Shown here: piece after piece, positions 1 through 12,544 of the stretch
Layout of the letters: every line of letters begins with the position of its first letter
Position numbering within the stretch: the stretch's first letter is position 1
DNA from: Amoebidium appalachense
Lineage: Eukaryota > Protista > Ichthyosporea
NCBI GenBank assembly: GCA_963693365.1
Contig: CAVNZM010000010.1
Coordinates: 1,178,001 to 1,242,000 of the forward strand
DNA length: 64,000 nucleotides
Direction of reading: 5' to 3'
Translations under genes and position numbers: made by a program
Notes under the pieces: generated by a model
Seen by the model: only the letters and a program-made list of their open reading frames with translations
What the model was told of the DNA's origin: nothing
Databases searched by the model: none

Positions 1-1478
1 GGGTCCCGACGGCACTTGTGCCTGAGGTTTTGCATATGGTGCATGAGCATCCCATGGCTGGTCATTTAGGTGTAAATAGGACGTTGCTTCGTGTTAATCG
101 TTCGTATTTTTGGCCGGGTATGAGTAGGGAGGTGAGGGATTATGTGTTGTCATGCATGCATTGTCAGGAAAGGAATGAGAGTCCCCACTCTCGTTCCCGC
201 CCGTCGTTTATTAGGGATTTTAATGTTCGTATGTTTGAAAGGGTAGCAGTGGATGTGGTCGGTCCTTTTAATTTTACGGTTGAGGGTAACACTGTTCTTG
301 TTACCGTCACCGATGTGGCCACTCGTTGGGTTGAAGTTTTTCCTCTCCCCACTGCTAATGCCGTTTTGTTTGCTCGTATTTTTGTGGATGAAATTTGTCT
401 TAGGTTTGGTTGTCCTCGTGTTTTGTTAACGGATAGGAGTCGTGTGTTTTTAAATCAGTTGGTGTCGGAGGTGTGTAAAATTTTAAGGGTAGCTCATATC
501 ACTACGTCTGCATATCACCCTCAAGCAAATGCCATCTCTGAACGTGTGCATGCAGTGTTTCAGAAGTCCTTTGGCAAAATGGTGGATGTGGAGGCTAATG
601 ATTGGGATCATATGTCTAGGTTTATTGCTCATTCATATAATTCTACCCCTCATGCTGTGACTGGTTTTTCTCCGTTTTATTTGGTCTATGGGCAGGAGGC
701 TATTAGTTTGTTAGATACGGCACTTTTGCCGATGGGGGGGGCTGACCGACTAACTTATCCCCACTGGACTGAGTTCCGGGAGCAGCTACTAACCCGGGCC
801 CGGGCTGCACGTGATGCAGCTCTGGCCCGTACACAGCAGGCACAGGCACGTACAGACGTGTCCACACGTCCGTTACGTGAATTTGCCGAGGGTACTTTAG
901 TTTTAATTAGGGATCATACTAGGAAGAAGAGATATAAGCAGGAGCAGGAAGGTAAGGGTGAAGGTGAAGGTCTTCGTAAGTATGGTAAGAAATGGTTGCC
1001 TCTTTTTATCGGTCCGTATAAAATAGTGGCTAGGTTAGGTCCGACGGAATATAAGGTGCAGAGGTTAGATAATGAGAGTGATGTTAGATTTTATAATGTA
1101 GATGATATAAAGGAATATTATGATAGGGCCCTTAGGGTTAAACGGCCGGAGGGCCGTCGAGTGTTAGATGCATTCACCCCCGACTATGACGGGTCGGTGG
1201 ATGTATCGGAGGCTGCAGTAGATAAAATTATGGATAAAAAGGTTATCGAAGGTAAGGAAGGTAAGGTAAATTATTATTTAATTCGTTTTGAGGGAGGTTA
1301 TCAGGAAGATCAGTGGTTGCCTGAGTTTCATTTGGATTGCCCGTTTTCTATTTGTGCTTATGAGGCTAGATTAGTGCAGAGGGAGTTGCCTAGTGCTCCC
1401 TCTCGGCCAAAGAGAGTTATTCCTCAGTTTAATCGTGGTGTGAAAAAGTCGGTGGGGGAGGGGGCCGGGGGGGAGTGA
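1..1478 (+). CDS. Ty3/Gypsy retrotransposon pol C-terminus: integrase plus chromodomain (5'-partial)
   Basis: HHCC zinc motif (HEHPMAGH...CMHC), rve core (VAVDVVGPF, LLTD, YHPQANAISER), GPY motif (FIGPYKIV), and a C-terminal chromodomain-like segment (VDKIMDKK...YLIRFEGG...QWLPE). Confidence 0.95.
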   Translation, partial: VPTALVPEVLHMVHEHPMAGHLGVNRTLLRVNRSYFWPGMSREVRDYVLSCMHCQERNESPHSRSRPSFIRDFNVRMFERVAVDVVGPFNFTVEGNTVLVTVTDVATRWVEVFPLPTANAVLFARIFVDEICLRFGCPRVLLTDRSRVFLNQLVSEVCKILRVAHITTSAYHPQANAISERVHAVFQKSFGKMVDVEANDWDHMSRFIAHSYNSTPHAVTGFSPFYLVYGQEAISLLDTALLPMGGADRLTYPHWTEFREQLLTRARAARDAALARTQQAQARTDVSTRPLREFAEGTLVLIRDHTRKKRYKQEQEGKGEGEGLRKYGKKWLPLFIGPYKIVARLGPTEYKVQRLDNESDVRFYNVDDIKEYYDRALRVKRPEGRRVLDAFTPDYDGSVDVSEAAVDKIMDKKVIEGKEGKVNYYLIRFEGGYQEDQWLPEFHLDCPFSICAYEARLVQRELPSAPSRPKRVIPQFNRGVKKSVGEGAGGE

Positions 1479-1728
1479 TGCAAATACACGTAGACACACG
1501 GGGGGAGGGGGAGGGAGGGGGAGGAGACCGAGGAGGAGTGTGAACGTAGTCGTAGGAATTTAATTTATTATCATAGGTGTCTCCGTAGGTATCAAGCTTA
1601 TGGTGTAGATTAATTTATTATTTTTCTTCGTAATTTATTTAATTTAATTTTTTTTAGGAGACTGATTAGTCTATGTCTTTTTAGGGGGTGTTAGATGTAA
1701 TGTGACTGAGGTGGGACTCAGCTTTTCC

Positions 1729-1745
1729 GGGGGCCGGGGGGGGAG
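1729..1745 (+). other. Polypurine tract preceding the 3' LTR
   Basis: GGGGGCCGGGGGGGAG-type tract immediately before the TG that starts the LTR. Confidence 0.7.
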
Positions 1746-1746
1746 T

Positions 1747-2461
1747 TGACATATACTAATCCGTCTCAGCAGATTAGCCTAAGTCTACGATCGAGATCGG
1801 GGGGGGGGGGGGGGGGGGGGTGGCCCGGGTCCACAGATCATCAAGATCAAGTCCGGGGCCTCAAGATAGCTGTACAGCTGCGTGCATCTTGCCTCTGCCG
1901 GCGCAGGGCATTGGACCACGTCAGCCGGGACAGCCGTCCAATAGAATTCTAATTAGTGTGTAGGATAGATCGTAGGAGGACTTAGGAATGTCATTGTTCG
2001 GGCAGAAGCCCTTTTGTAAGGATTGGCAAGGTTTGATAGTATATGTTGCCAAACGTATTTATATATTTAGATGTAGAGGAAAGGGGGGGAGGGAGGGGGG
2101 GGAGGATAGTATGAAATGTAGATTTAGACTCTGCGGTGCCACTAGGGGGAGGGTGAGGGGTGAGACTTGGATAAATATATTAGTTGAGTAGATCGACTTA
2201 GCTCGTGCAGGCGCACGATAAAAGTAGATCGGAATGTTAATGGAATGTGGCATCGTAGGGGGCCAGGTGATGATGATCTTGTAGGGCACGGCCTTGATGG
2301 CCTCAGTCGTAACTTAGACTCAATCCGTACGGATCTAAGTTTGCCCGTCGGAGCCTGGTCTTAATAAACTTTACCGTTTTTCTGTACACGTTCGTTCCTT
2401 TTCGTGTGTGTACACTTAGTAGAGTGCCGCGTCTCTAGTACACATACATTAGGATACGACA
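1747..2461 (+). mobile_element. 3' LTR of the Gypsy element
   Basis: TG...CA ends with imperfect terminal inverted repeat (TGACATATACTAAT vs reverse complement of the end, TGTCGTATCCTAAT); AATAAA at ~2363; follows the PPT. No second LTR in the window to confirm. Confidence 0.75.
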
Positions 2462-2499
2462 ACCCCCCCCCCCCCCCCCCCCCCCCCCCGGGGGGACCA

Positions 2500-3070
2500 C
2501 CACCCACCCCACATGAACCTTTGACGATCGATGACGACGATGAGGTGCCAGACCCACGGGGTCTTTTCCTGGGCACCACCACCCACCCCACATGAACCTT
2601 TGACGATCGATGACGACGACGAGGTGCCAGACCCACAGGGTCTTGCCTCCATACTTTATTTACCTTAACAGGACAAAGAGCCGGTACCCACCTATGGGTG
2701 CTAAACATGCACATGATCATTCATGTGCTATAAGAGCAACACAGAAACGAAACACGGAAACAACAGCAGCCATAGGACAAAGAGCCCCAGACCCACAGGG
2801 TCTTGCCTCCATACTTTATTTACCTTAACAGGACAAAGAGCCGGTACCCACCTATGGGTGTAAACGTGCACATGATCATTCATGTGCTATAAGAGCAACA
2901 CAGAAACGAAACACGGAAACAACAGCAGCCATAGGACAAAGAGCCCCAGACCCACAGGGTCTTGCCTCCATACTTTATTTACCTTAACAGGACAAAGAGC
3001 CGGTACCCACCTATGAAACGAAAAACGGAAACAACAGCAGCCATAGGACAAAGAGCCGGTACCCACCTCT
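2500..3070. repeat. Compound tandem duplication: ~80-bp unit x2, then ~159-bp unit x~3
   Basis: CCACATGAACCTTTGACGATCGATGACGACGA occurs twice; CAGACCCACAGGGTCTTGCC recurs at ~2629, 2788 and 2947. Confidence 0.9.
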
Positions 3071-3176
3071 AGATGATAACGTAGCCTTATAGCTGCTGAT
3101 GACTTCATGGGCCAACCTTGCCAAAACCTGTAAAGGAACTCGAGCTAAGAATTAGCTCATCCTACTTGCGAGAAGT

Positions 3177-3208
<32 letters not shown>

Positions 3209-3649
3209 GAGGGGGCTGACTGAGAGTGGCAAAAAAAGAGTCGACAGAACCAACCTCAAACATAGTAAGGACGGAAACCCGGACCAGAACTTATGAAGTC
3301 TAGAGAAGCAGAAAATAGCTTGAACGATCGGTGGAGGGGATGATAGCTATAGTGCTAACAGCAAAAGTAGTGCCCACAGTTGCTGGTTCATGAACGTGAA
3401 AGGCAACGTGCATCTGCAGCCAGCAGACACACGCACACGCACGCACACACACACACATACACACACACACACACATAGACACAGACACAGACATAAACAC
3501 AGGACGGACACAGACCAGACAGACAAACGCCATATGCACAAAAGCAGGCAACACAAAACTAACCTTCAAAGGGCCTTTCAGAAGAAGCTGCAGCATGCAG
3601 CATGGTCCAAAACAATCAGCACGGTGGCTGCGCGATCTGCGGAGGGGAT

Positions 3650-3785
3650 CTGTGACCAGGCGACCTGCGGGAAGGGAACTGCGACCAGGCGACCTGCGGG
3701 AAGGGACCTGCGACCAGGCGACCTGCGGGAAGGGACCTGCGACCAGGCGAGCTGCGGGAAAGGACCTGCGGACCTGCGGGAAGGG
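3650..3785. repeat. 29-bp minisatellite
   Basis: GCGACCAGGCGACCTGCGGGAAGGGACCT, about 4.5 copies. Confidence 0.9.
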
Positions 3786-4127
3786 GGAAGAGAAATGGAG
3801 CAAACAACGTGCGTACAGGCTTAAATGGAGAAAAAATTGCAAACCGGATTGGGATTTAGCCAATCACTATTCGCCGCGCCTGATTAGGGAAAAGATAAAA
3901 ATAGATTTCGGCTCGCGCGCGCGCGTGCATCAGCTTGGTGCCCTTAGCGCTACCCTTAGTGCCCTTAGTCACAACTATCAGACTATAGTTACGTGTCCTC
4001 CACTTCTTTGTTCTTGACCATTTTCTCGGCATGAAAGGGTTTCTGTTACTTCTTGCTGTCCTTCTTAGCGTGCTTGCTTGTCTTTTTTTCAACATGGGTG
4101 TCACTGGCGCTTTCGACTTCTTTGAAA

Positions 4128-4167
<40 letters not shown>

Positions 4168-4851
4168 GCGCGCGCGCACGCACACACACTCACACATGCA
4201 CACTGCACACACACACACACACACACATACACACAGGCGCGCATACACAGGCACGCACACACACACAGGCGCACACCTACACAACACACACAGCACATGC
4301 ACACACAAGCGCACACACGCACACACCCTGTTATCCCTGATCATGATGCCCCCTCCCCCCTCCCTCTTCCCCCCCGCGCACCCCCCCCCCCCCCCCCCCC
4401 CCCCCCCACCCACCCCACCCACCCACCTACAAAGACGAAAACATTGTACATGTATTGCATACACAAATATACTCGCACATATACATACACACATTCACTT
4501 TAATCTTTCAGGCTACATGTGCAATTGGCATTAATTATGCACAGTCGATAGAATTCGTTGTGAAACCCCCCCCCCCCCCCCCCCCCCCCCTCCTCGTTCC
4601 CCCCATATGCAATGGGGAAAATATTGTTTCCCGCTATTAATTAAAAAATCACCGTTCTAACTTCCTAAGACCGAACCACTTGTAACACCGACAGTTTCGG
4701 TTGTGTGGAACCCCCCCCCCCCCCCCCCCCCCCCCCAACCCACCCACCACCACCTTACCAATATTGAGGTGTACACTGCCCCCACATCCCCAACCGTGTG
4801 CTGAATATCCCGTGCTAGGAAACCAATAACGTGAAAGTAACACATGCCGCA

Positions 4852-7803
4852 TGTGGGTAGTTATTGAAAAAACCAATAATGTCTAGGTAACATGCTATGT
4901 ACATATACTATGCTACAAAGGGGGTTCTATACGAGCTACAACGTTGTGTTTTTTTCGTGTGAACCTCGTACTCCAGGGGCACATTCACCATCCCCCCCAT
5001 AAACTTTGTGGTAAAGTTCTCGTGCTAGAAGCTGTTCTGTGGGTAGTTATTGAAAAAACGAATAATGTCTAGGTAACACATGTACATATTCTATGCTACA
5101 AGGGGGGTTCTATTCGAGCTACAATGTTGTGTTTTTTTCGTGTGACCCTCGTACTCCAGGGGCACATTCACCATCCCCCCCATAAACTTTGTGGTAAACC
5201 TCTCGTGCTAGAGGCTGTTCTGTGGGTAGTTATTGAAAAAACGAATAATGTCTAGGTAACACATGTACATATACTATGCTACAAGGGGGGTTCTATTCGA
5301 GCTACAATGTTGTGTTTTTTTAGTGTGACCCTCGTACTCCAGGGGCACATTCACTATCCCCCCCATAAACTTTGTGGTAAATCTCTCGTGCTAGAGGCTG
5401 TTCTGTGGGTAGTTATTGAAAAACCAATAATGTCTAGGTAACACATGTACATATACTATGCTACAAGGGGGGCTCTATTCGAGCTACAATGTTGTGTTTT
5501 TTTCGTGTGACCCTCGTACTCCAGAGGCACATTCACCATCCCCCCCATAAACTTTGTGGTAAATCCCTCGTGCTAGAGGCTGTTCTGTGGGTAGTTATTG
5601 AAAGACCAATAATGTCTAGGTAACATATGTACATATACTATGCTACAAGGGGGGTTCTATACGAGCTACAACGTTGTGTTTTTTTCGTGTGACCCTCGTA
5701 CTCCAGGGGCACATTCACCATCCCCCCATAAACTTTGTGGTAAAGGTCTCGTGCTAGAAGCTGTTCTTTGGGTAGTTATTGAAAAAACCAATAATGTCTA
5801 GGTAACACATGTACATATACTATGCTACAAGGGGGGTTCTATTCGAGCTACAACGTTGTGTTTTTTTCGTGTGACCCTTGTACTCCAGGGGCACATTCCC
5901 CATCCCCCCCATAAACTTTGTGGTAAATGTCTCGTGCTAGAAGCTGTTCTGTGGGTAGTTATTGAAAAAACCAATAATGTCTAGGTAACACATGGACATA
6001 TACTATGCTACAAGGGGGGTCTATTCGAGCTACAACATTGTGTTTTTTTCGTGTGACCCTCGTACTCCAGGGGCACATTCTCCATCCCCCCCATAAACTT
6101 TGTGGTAAATGTCTCGTGCTAGAAGCTGTTCTGTGGGTAGTTATTGAAAAAACCAATAATGTCTAGGTAACATACTATGTACATATACTATGCTACAAGG
6201 GGGTTTCTATACGAGCTACAACGTTGTGTTTTTTTCGTGTGACCCTCGTACTCCAGGGGCACATTCACCATCCCCCCCATAAACTTTGTGGTAAAGGTCT
6301 CGTGCTAGAAGCTGTTCTGTGGGTAGTTATTGAAAAAACCAATAATTTCTAGGTAACACCTGTACATATACTATGCTACAATTGCAAGGGGGGTTCTATA
6401 CGAGCTACAACGTTGTGTTTTTTTCGTGTGACCCTTGTACTCCAGGGGCACATTCCCCATCCCCCCCATAAACTTTGTGGTAAATTTCTCGTGCTAGAAG
6501 CTGTTCTGTGGGTAGTTAATGAAAAAACCAATAATGTCTAGGTAACACATGGACATATACTATGCTACAAGGGGGGTCTATTCGAGCTACAACATTGTGT
6601 TTTTTTCGTGTGACCCTCGTACTCCAGGGGCACATTCTCCATCCCCCCCATAAACGTTTTGGTAAATTTCTCGTGCTAGAAGCGGTTCTGTGGGTAGTTA
6701 TTGAAAAAACCAATAATGTCTAGGTAACATACTATGTACATATACTATGCTACAAGGGGGGTTCTATACGAGCTACAACGTTGTGTTTTTTTCGTGTGAC
6801 CCTCGTACTCCAGGGGAACCTTCACCATCCCCCCCATAAACGTTGTGGTAAAGCTCTCGTGCTAGAAGCTGTTCTGTGGGTAGTTATTGAAAAAACGAAT
6901 AATGTCTAGGTAACACATGTACATATACTATGCTACAAGGGGGGTTCTATTCGAGCTACAATGTTGTGTTTTTTTCGTGTGACCCTCGTACTCCAGAGGC
7001 ACATTCACCATCCCCCCCATAAACGTTGTGGTAAATCCCTCGTGCTAGAGGCTGTTCTGTGGGTAGTTATTGAAAGACCAATAATGTCTAGGTAACTTAT
7101 GTACATATACTATGCTACAAGGGGGGTGCTATACGAGCTACAACGTTGTGTTTTTTTCGTGTGACCCTTGTACTCCAGGGGCACATTCACCATCCCCCCC
7201 ATAAACGTTGTGGTAAAGGTTTCGTGCTAGAAGCTGTTCTGTGGGTAGTTATTGAAAAAACCAACTTAGTAATGTCTAGGTAACACATGTACATATACTA
7301 TGCTACAAGGGGGGTTCTATTCGAGCTACAATGTTGTGTTTTTTTCGTGTGACCCTCGTACTCCAGAGGCACATTCACCATCCCCCCCATAAACTTTGTG
7401 GTAAATCCCTCGTGCTAGAGGCTGTTCTGTGGGTAGTTATTGAAAGACCAATAATGTCTAGGTAACATATGTACATATACTATGCAACAAGGGGGGTTCT
7501 ATACGAGCTACAACGTTGTGTTTTTTTCATGTGACCCTCGTACTCCAGGGGCACATTCACCATCCCCCCCATAAACTTTGTGGTAAAGGTCTCGTGCTAG
7601 AAGCTGTTCTGTGGGTAGTTATTGAAAAAACCAATAATGTCTAGGTAACACCTGTACATATACTATGCTACAATTGCAAGGGGGGTTCTATACGAGCTAC
7701 AACGTTGTGTTTTTTTCGTGTGACCCTCGTACTCCAGGGGCATATTCACCATCCCCGCCATAAACTGTGTGGTAAATGTCTCGTGCTAGAAGCTGTTCTG
7801 TGT
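4852..7803. repeat. ~183-bp satellite, ~16 copies
   Basis: TGTGGGTAGTTATTGAAAAAACCAATAATGTCTAGGTAAC recurs every ~182-188 bp with near-identical sequence in between. Confidence 0.97.
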
Positions 7804-7996
7804 CTGATGTGTGGATGTCTGTGTATGTTGTGTGTGTGTGCATGTCTGTGTGTGTGTATGTGCTCAGTTGAAAGGGAAGGGGGGGAGAGGGGGGATGCAC
7901 CGTGTGTGTGCATGTGTGCACGTGTGTGTGTGTGCTCTGTGGAGAGGGAAGGGGTGGGGGGAAATGCACCGTGTGTGTGCATGTGTGTGTGTGTGA

Positions 7997-8028
<32 letters not shown>

Positions 8029-8177
8029 TGTGTGTGTGTTGTGTGTTTGTGTGTGTGTGCATGTCTGTGTGCATCGTGTGTGTTGTGTGTGTGTGCATGT
8101 CTGTGCATGTGTGCATGTGCTCGGTGGAGAGGGAAGGGGAAGGGGGGGATTCGTGTCCGTGCATGTGTGCATGTGTG

Positions 8178-8242
<65 letters not shown>

Positions 8243-8319
8243 ATGTATGTGTGTGTGTATGTGCTCAGTTGAGAGGGGAAGGGGAGGGGGGGGGGTGCAC
8301 CGTGTGTGTGCATGTGTGC

Positions 8320-8834
8320 ATGTTAATGCAAAGTACACACGGGGGAGTCCGTAGAATTTTTTTCCCGACGGAGGGGGGGGGGACGTGATCGGGGAATTTC
8401 AGTATTTTCTCCAGTCCCGCATGCAACATACCAGCCTTCGTATTCAAAAAACCCAAACACCCTTTCCTTTAGCAAGTAGCTGACTTTCTCACCACCAAAC
8501 GTAGATGGGGGTGGGAGGGAGTGCCCACGTTCACCCACACATCCCCACGGGCATTTGCCGGCCCATCAGGGGGGGTCCAAGAGGGGGGAGGGGGGGTCAT
8601 TCTATAGTGTGCATGTGTTGTGGAGGGAAAAAACGTGCAAAAACCCTCAGAATGGACGGATTTCGATGCAGTTTTTTTTTGTTTTCCCAATGGGAAGGTA
8701 TGTTAATGCAAAGTACACACGGGGGAGTCCGTAGGATTTTTTCCCGACGGAGGGGGGAACGTGGTCGGGGAATTGCAAGACGAAAAATCTAAAATCTCAA
8801 TATCTGCCAAAACCCTCCGAATGGACGGGGGGGA

Positions 8835-8873
<39 letters not shown>

Positions 8874-8958
8874 AGGGGGGGGGGGGGGGGGGGAGGCATC
8901 AAACGTGATGGCTCACACACCCCCACTGAAATTTGCTGGCCCCATAGGTGCGGTTCAT

Positions 8959-8989
<31 letters not shown>

Positions 8990-9010
8990 CATTGTATAGT
9001 GTGCTTTTTT
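8320..9010. repeat. Degenerate local duplication (~380-bp period) interrupted by poly-G
   Basis: ATGTTAATGCAAAGTACACACGGGGGAGTCCGTAG at ~8320 and ~8700; AAAACCCTCNGAATGGACGG and GGGTCATTNTATAGTGTGC also occur twice. Confidence 0.75.
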
Positions 9011-10212
9011 TTTGTGGGGGGGGGGGGGGGTTACACATTGGGTGGTTATTTCCAAGGCAATGGCAACGTCCCCCCCCCCCCCCCCCCCCCCCTCTCCCCG
9101 GCGGGCCCGCCGCTGCGCTGCGGAAGATTACTCTGATCCACTCGAATCCTTTTGTCCCAAACACAGGCTTGCAGGATAAGAAAGGCCTGCACCTTGCAAA
9201 GCTGGATGCCTATTTTGCATCAGAAGGGAACTTCGACCCCAGCCCCAGGCTTGAAGGACGTGGCAATTGCCTAAAGTTCCTGCCGCTACAGCTGCTATTG
9301 TTCCTAGCGGGCTTAACGCCTGCTGAAGCACGGGGGACTCCACGGGGGGATCTGCCTCTTCCAGTGAAAAGAAAAATATTCCCATACAACAGCTGCTATA
9401 TTCGACTGCAAGAAGGTGAGGAGGGAGTGTATCTTAGGGTGGTGGGGTGTAAGGAGTTTTATGGTCGGCGATCCGCACTGCAGTTTCAGGTATGGTTGGC
9501 GTATTTATTCAGGACGTACTGACAGAATAGTAAGTATAGCTCTAGTATAGCGTGATGATATTCTTAGGAGCTTCCTAAGGTATGCGATATATATCTTTGC
9601 GTTTTTTTGCGTTTTTTGTGCATTTTTTTATTTTTTATTTTTTAATGTGTTTTTTTAGGGTAAATTCCACGCACCGGCCACTTGCTCCGCGCAGGCATTG
9701 CACCGTTTGCCAAGGTATCTCGCCTAATTTATAGGTACCTTAAATATTATTATAACTAAAACTTCTGTATTTGGCAGTTGAATGCCCCAGTTTTACTTAC
9801 ATTAGACGGATCATGATTGTAATGATAACAGTGCTTCGGATTCTGTTTTGCACCCCTCCAGTAAATCTTTGTTTCCATTGGCTATCAACGCCTCGCGCGC
9901 ACCTGCGCGACGCCTTCATGTTTCATGTTTCAATAAAAGCGTACCTTGTGACGCCTTCATTGTGAATGCAGTGTGAAATTCGATCCTAAAAAACAACCAA
10001 TCAAAAACGTTGGAGTGATCTATCCCACAATCAAATGCGAAATCCCTTTTCCGGCCGTATATATTGAGCTAACCCGCGCATCATGGATCGTGGTCCTGGG
10101 TAATCGGCATTGACCGGGTGGTGAAGACGCCGTGGTTGAGGATAGCGATACGTGCTTTGCTTTTCTATCCCAGGGAACACTTAAAGATCATCTAAATCGA
10201 TCCCATTGAAGC

Positions 10213-11130
10213 CTTAAAGAGGTCCTAAAGTAATCCTAACACAATACCTAATTGCAACTCTGAACATCTTTACGCTACCCCAAATAGGGCGTGAAGATCG
10301 CAGAAAGGTATCACCAATACTTGCCTAAGATTGCGTTAGCATATCACATGCACATACATGGCCTGTCTTGAAGATATAATTTGGATGGCCAATAGCGCTA
10401 CAAAAGAACTCTCCAAAGATCTCCTTAGATGATCCACTGCCTAGCTGTGATATATCCTGACGACATTCTAACGCAATCAGTTCGTTTCGGAAATGTTGCA
10501 TGGCCATACGGGATTAAGAGAGGATAAAGATTGTACTAAGATTTCCGCAGTACATCTTTAACATATCTCTACGCCCATCCCACGAGCGCCTTGTGTCAAC
10601 TTACTTGCGTGTATAATGCATCTTACACACATCTATATAATATGCATCGGTATCTCTCATAGACATCCTGTAGAATGAGTGCAGACGTCTTAAAGAGGTC
10701 CTAAAGTAATCCTCACACAATAGCTAATTGCAACTCTGAACATCTTTAAGCTACCCCAAATAGGGCGTGAAGATCGCAGAAAGGTATCACCAATACATGC
10801 CTAAGATTGCGTTAGCATATCACATGCACAGACATGGCCTGTCTTGAAGATATAATTGGGATGGCCAAAAGCGCTACAAAGAACTCTCCAAAGATCTCCT
10901 TAGATGATCCACTGCCTAGCTGTGATATATCCTGACGACATCCTAACGCAATCAGTTCGTTTCGCAAATGTTGCATGGCCATACGGGATTAGGAGAGGAT
11001 AAAGATTGTACTAAGATCTCTGCAGTACATTTTTAACATATTGCGTGTATATTAATGCATCTTACACACATCTATATAACATGTATCAGTATCTCTCATA
11101 GACATCCTGTAGAATGAGTGCAGACGTCTA
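10213..11130. repeat. Tandem duplication, ~476-bp period
   Basis: CTTAAAGAGGTCCTAAAGTAATCCT...GAATGAGTGCAGACGTCT starts at ~10213 and ~10689; the second copy has a small deletion. Confidence 0.92.
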
Positions 11131-11527
11131 AGTTGTCTTTTAGGACATCTGTTAACTACCCCATGTTCCGGGATGATAACAATATGTCCTCAATCCGTCC
11201 AGGATATCTTTAAGACGTAAAAGACCACAAAATTCGAAAGACGTCTTTAATATATCCCGTATGCATCCGCAACCCATCGGACAATTTAAAGGGGGGTTAA
11301 GGACATCCGGACTTGTGCTGATGGGTATAAGTGCACTTCCAGGTGTCTGTATGACATCTTGTCAGACGACTTTACTACGTCTTTAAGATGTCCACTGTCT
11401 TGAATCCATCCCAGACGTATTTAATATATATGGGATGTGTTTCAGACGCCTTGCCATCCTGAAATTCCGGGTTATCCTAAACCCGTCCTAAGCTATCTTT
11501 TAGATATATTAACGACGATAGGACGTC

Positions 11528-12080
11528 CTAAAGTCGTACAGGACAGGTTTCGGATGGGGGGTGATCTTTGCTGATGTTGAACGCACCACCCTCAGTAGCC
11601 CTGATGTGCTGGTAAGTCACACGGTCGCCTACCAGGTTGAGGATGTCGCCCACCATGCTCCATGTCAGGTCGAGACGCCGCCGCAGGTGGGTAGCTTCGT
11701 CTTCATCGGGCAGCCGCGGCATAGCAGCCACGGCGTTGTAGAGATGCAGGAGGGCATTGCCCAAGCCCCCAGCAAACTCCACTTCTTCGCGGACCGCCTG
11801 GCTGAGTTCACTGCGCTCAAACCCTAGGTGCTCAACAGGAATCGGACCGGGCCCGTTGCTGAGGGAGTCCTCCACCACGAACCGGGCAAAGCCGCCGAAG
11901 GCAGGGTGCCATGATGGTTACCAAAGCTTGGCGTTGCACCGGCACCAACGGCAGTTCGGAGAAGCCCCAGTTGCGCCCAAGTCGTTCACGGCGGGCCTCG
12001 TTACTCTCGACAGCATCGCCAGAAATGAGGCGGCGGAGCTCCGCAAGATAAGCTGAGTAGTTGGCGTCCATTCTAGTCAC
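11528..12080 (-). pseudogene. Possible frameshifted or spliced coding fragment of unknown function
   Basis: Two overlapping ORFs (11832-12080 and 11528-11878) with GC-rich, protein-like composition; no recognised domain. Confidence 0.4.
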
Positions 12081-12544
12081 TACTAGAGTGGCGGGAGCAA
12101 CGACGTGCAGGACGGAAAGTTATAAGTATACAGGCGCACTGCCACAAGATTGCTACCTAATCACCAACCGTCACTGCTAGAGAGAGCAGCGACGGGGGAC
12201 AAAAAGTGAGGGTGATTTAACCATCACCCGCTTTTTATAGTACCCTAAAAAGCTGCTACTGTGCCTATTGGGTGATCACTTCGATCTCCCAATATGACAC
12301 TACTAAGTTTAGAAAATCTGGATTTCCCAAATCAACGATTTTTTGTATAATGACTTTATTGATATGCTCAGCAAAATAGAAGCCATCGCATGCGATAATC
12401 ACGGTTATCTCGGAGAAGAAAATATAAAAGCCCACACGCTCGGATACGGAGGAGATAACGACTTAAATAATCATTGGAGCAAACTAGTTTAAATTCATGC
12501 ATACACCTACACTTAAGGGTTTTGCCAACCGCTGGTGTCCTTTG

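Noticed and set aside
4852-7803. CRISPR-like regular repeat
   Set aside because: Whole units are near-identical with no unique spacers; eukaryotic context and no cas genes.
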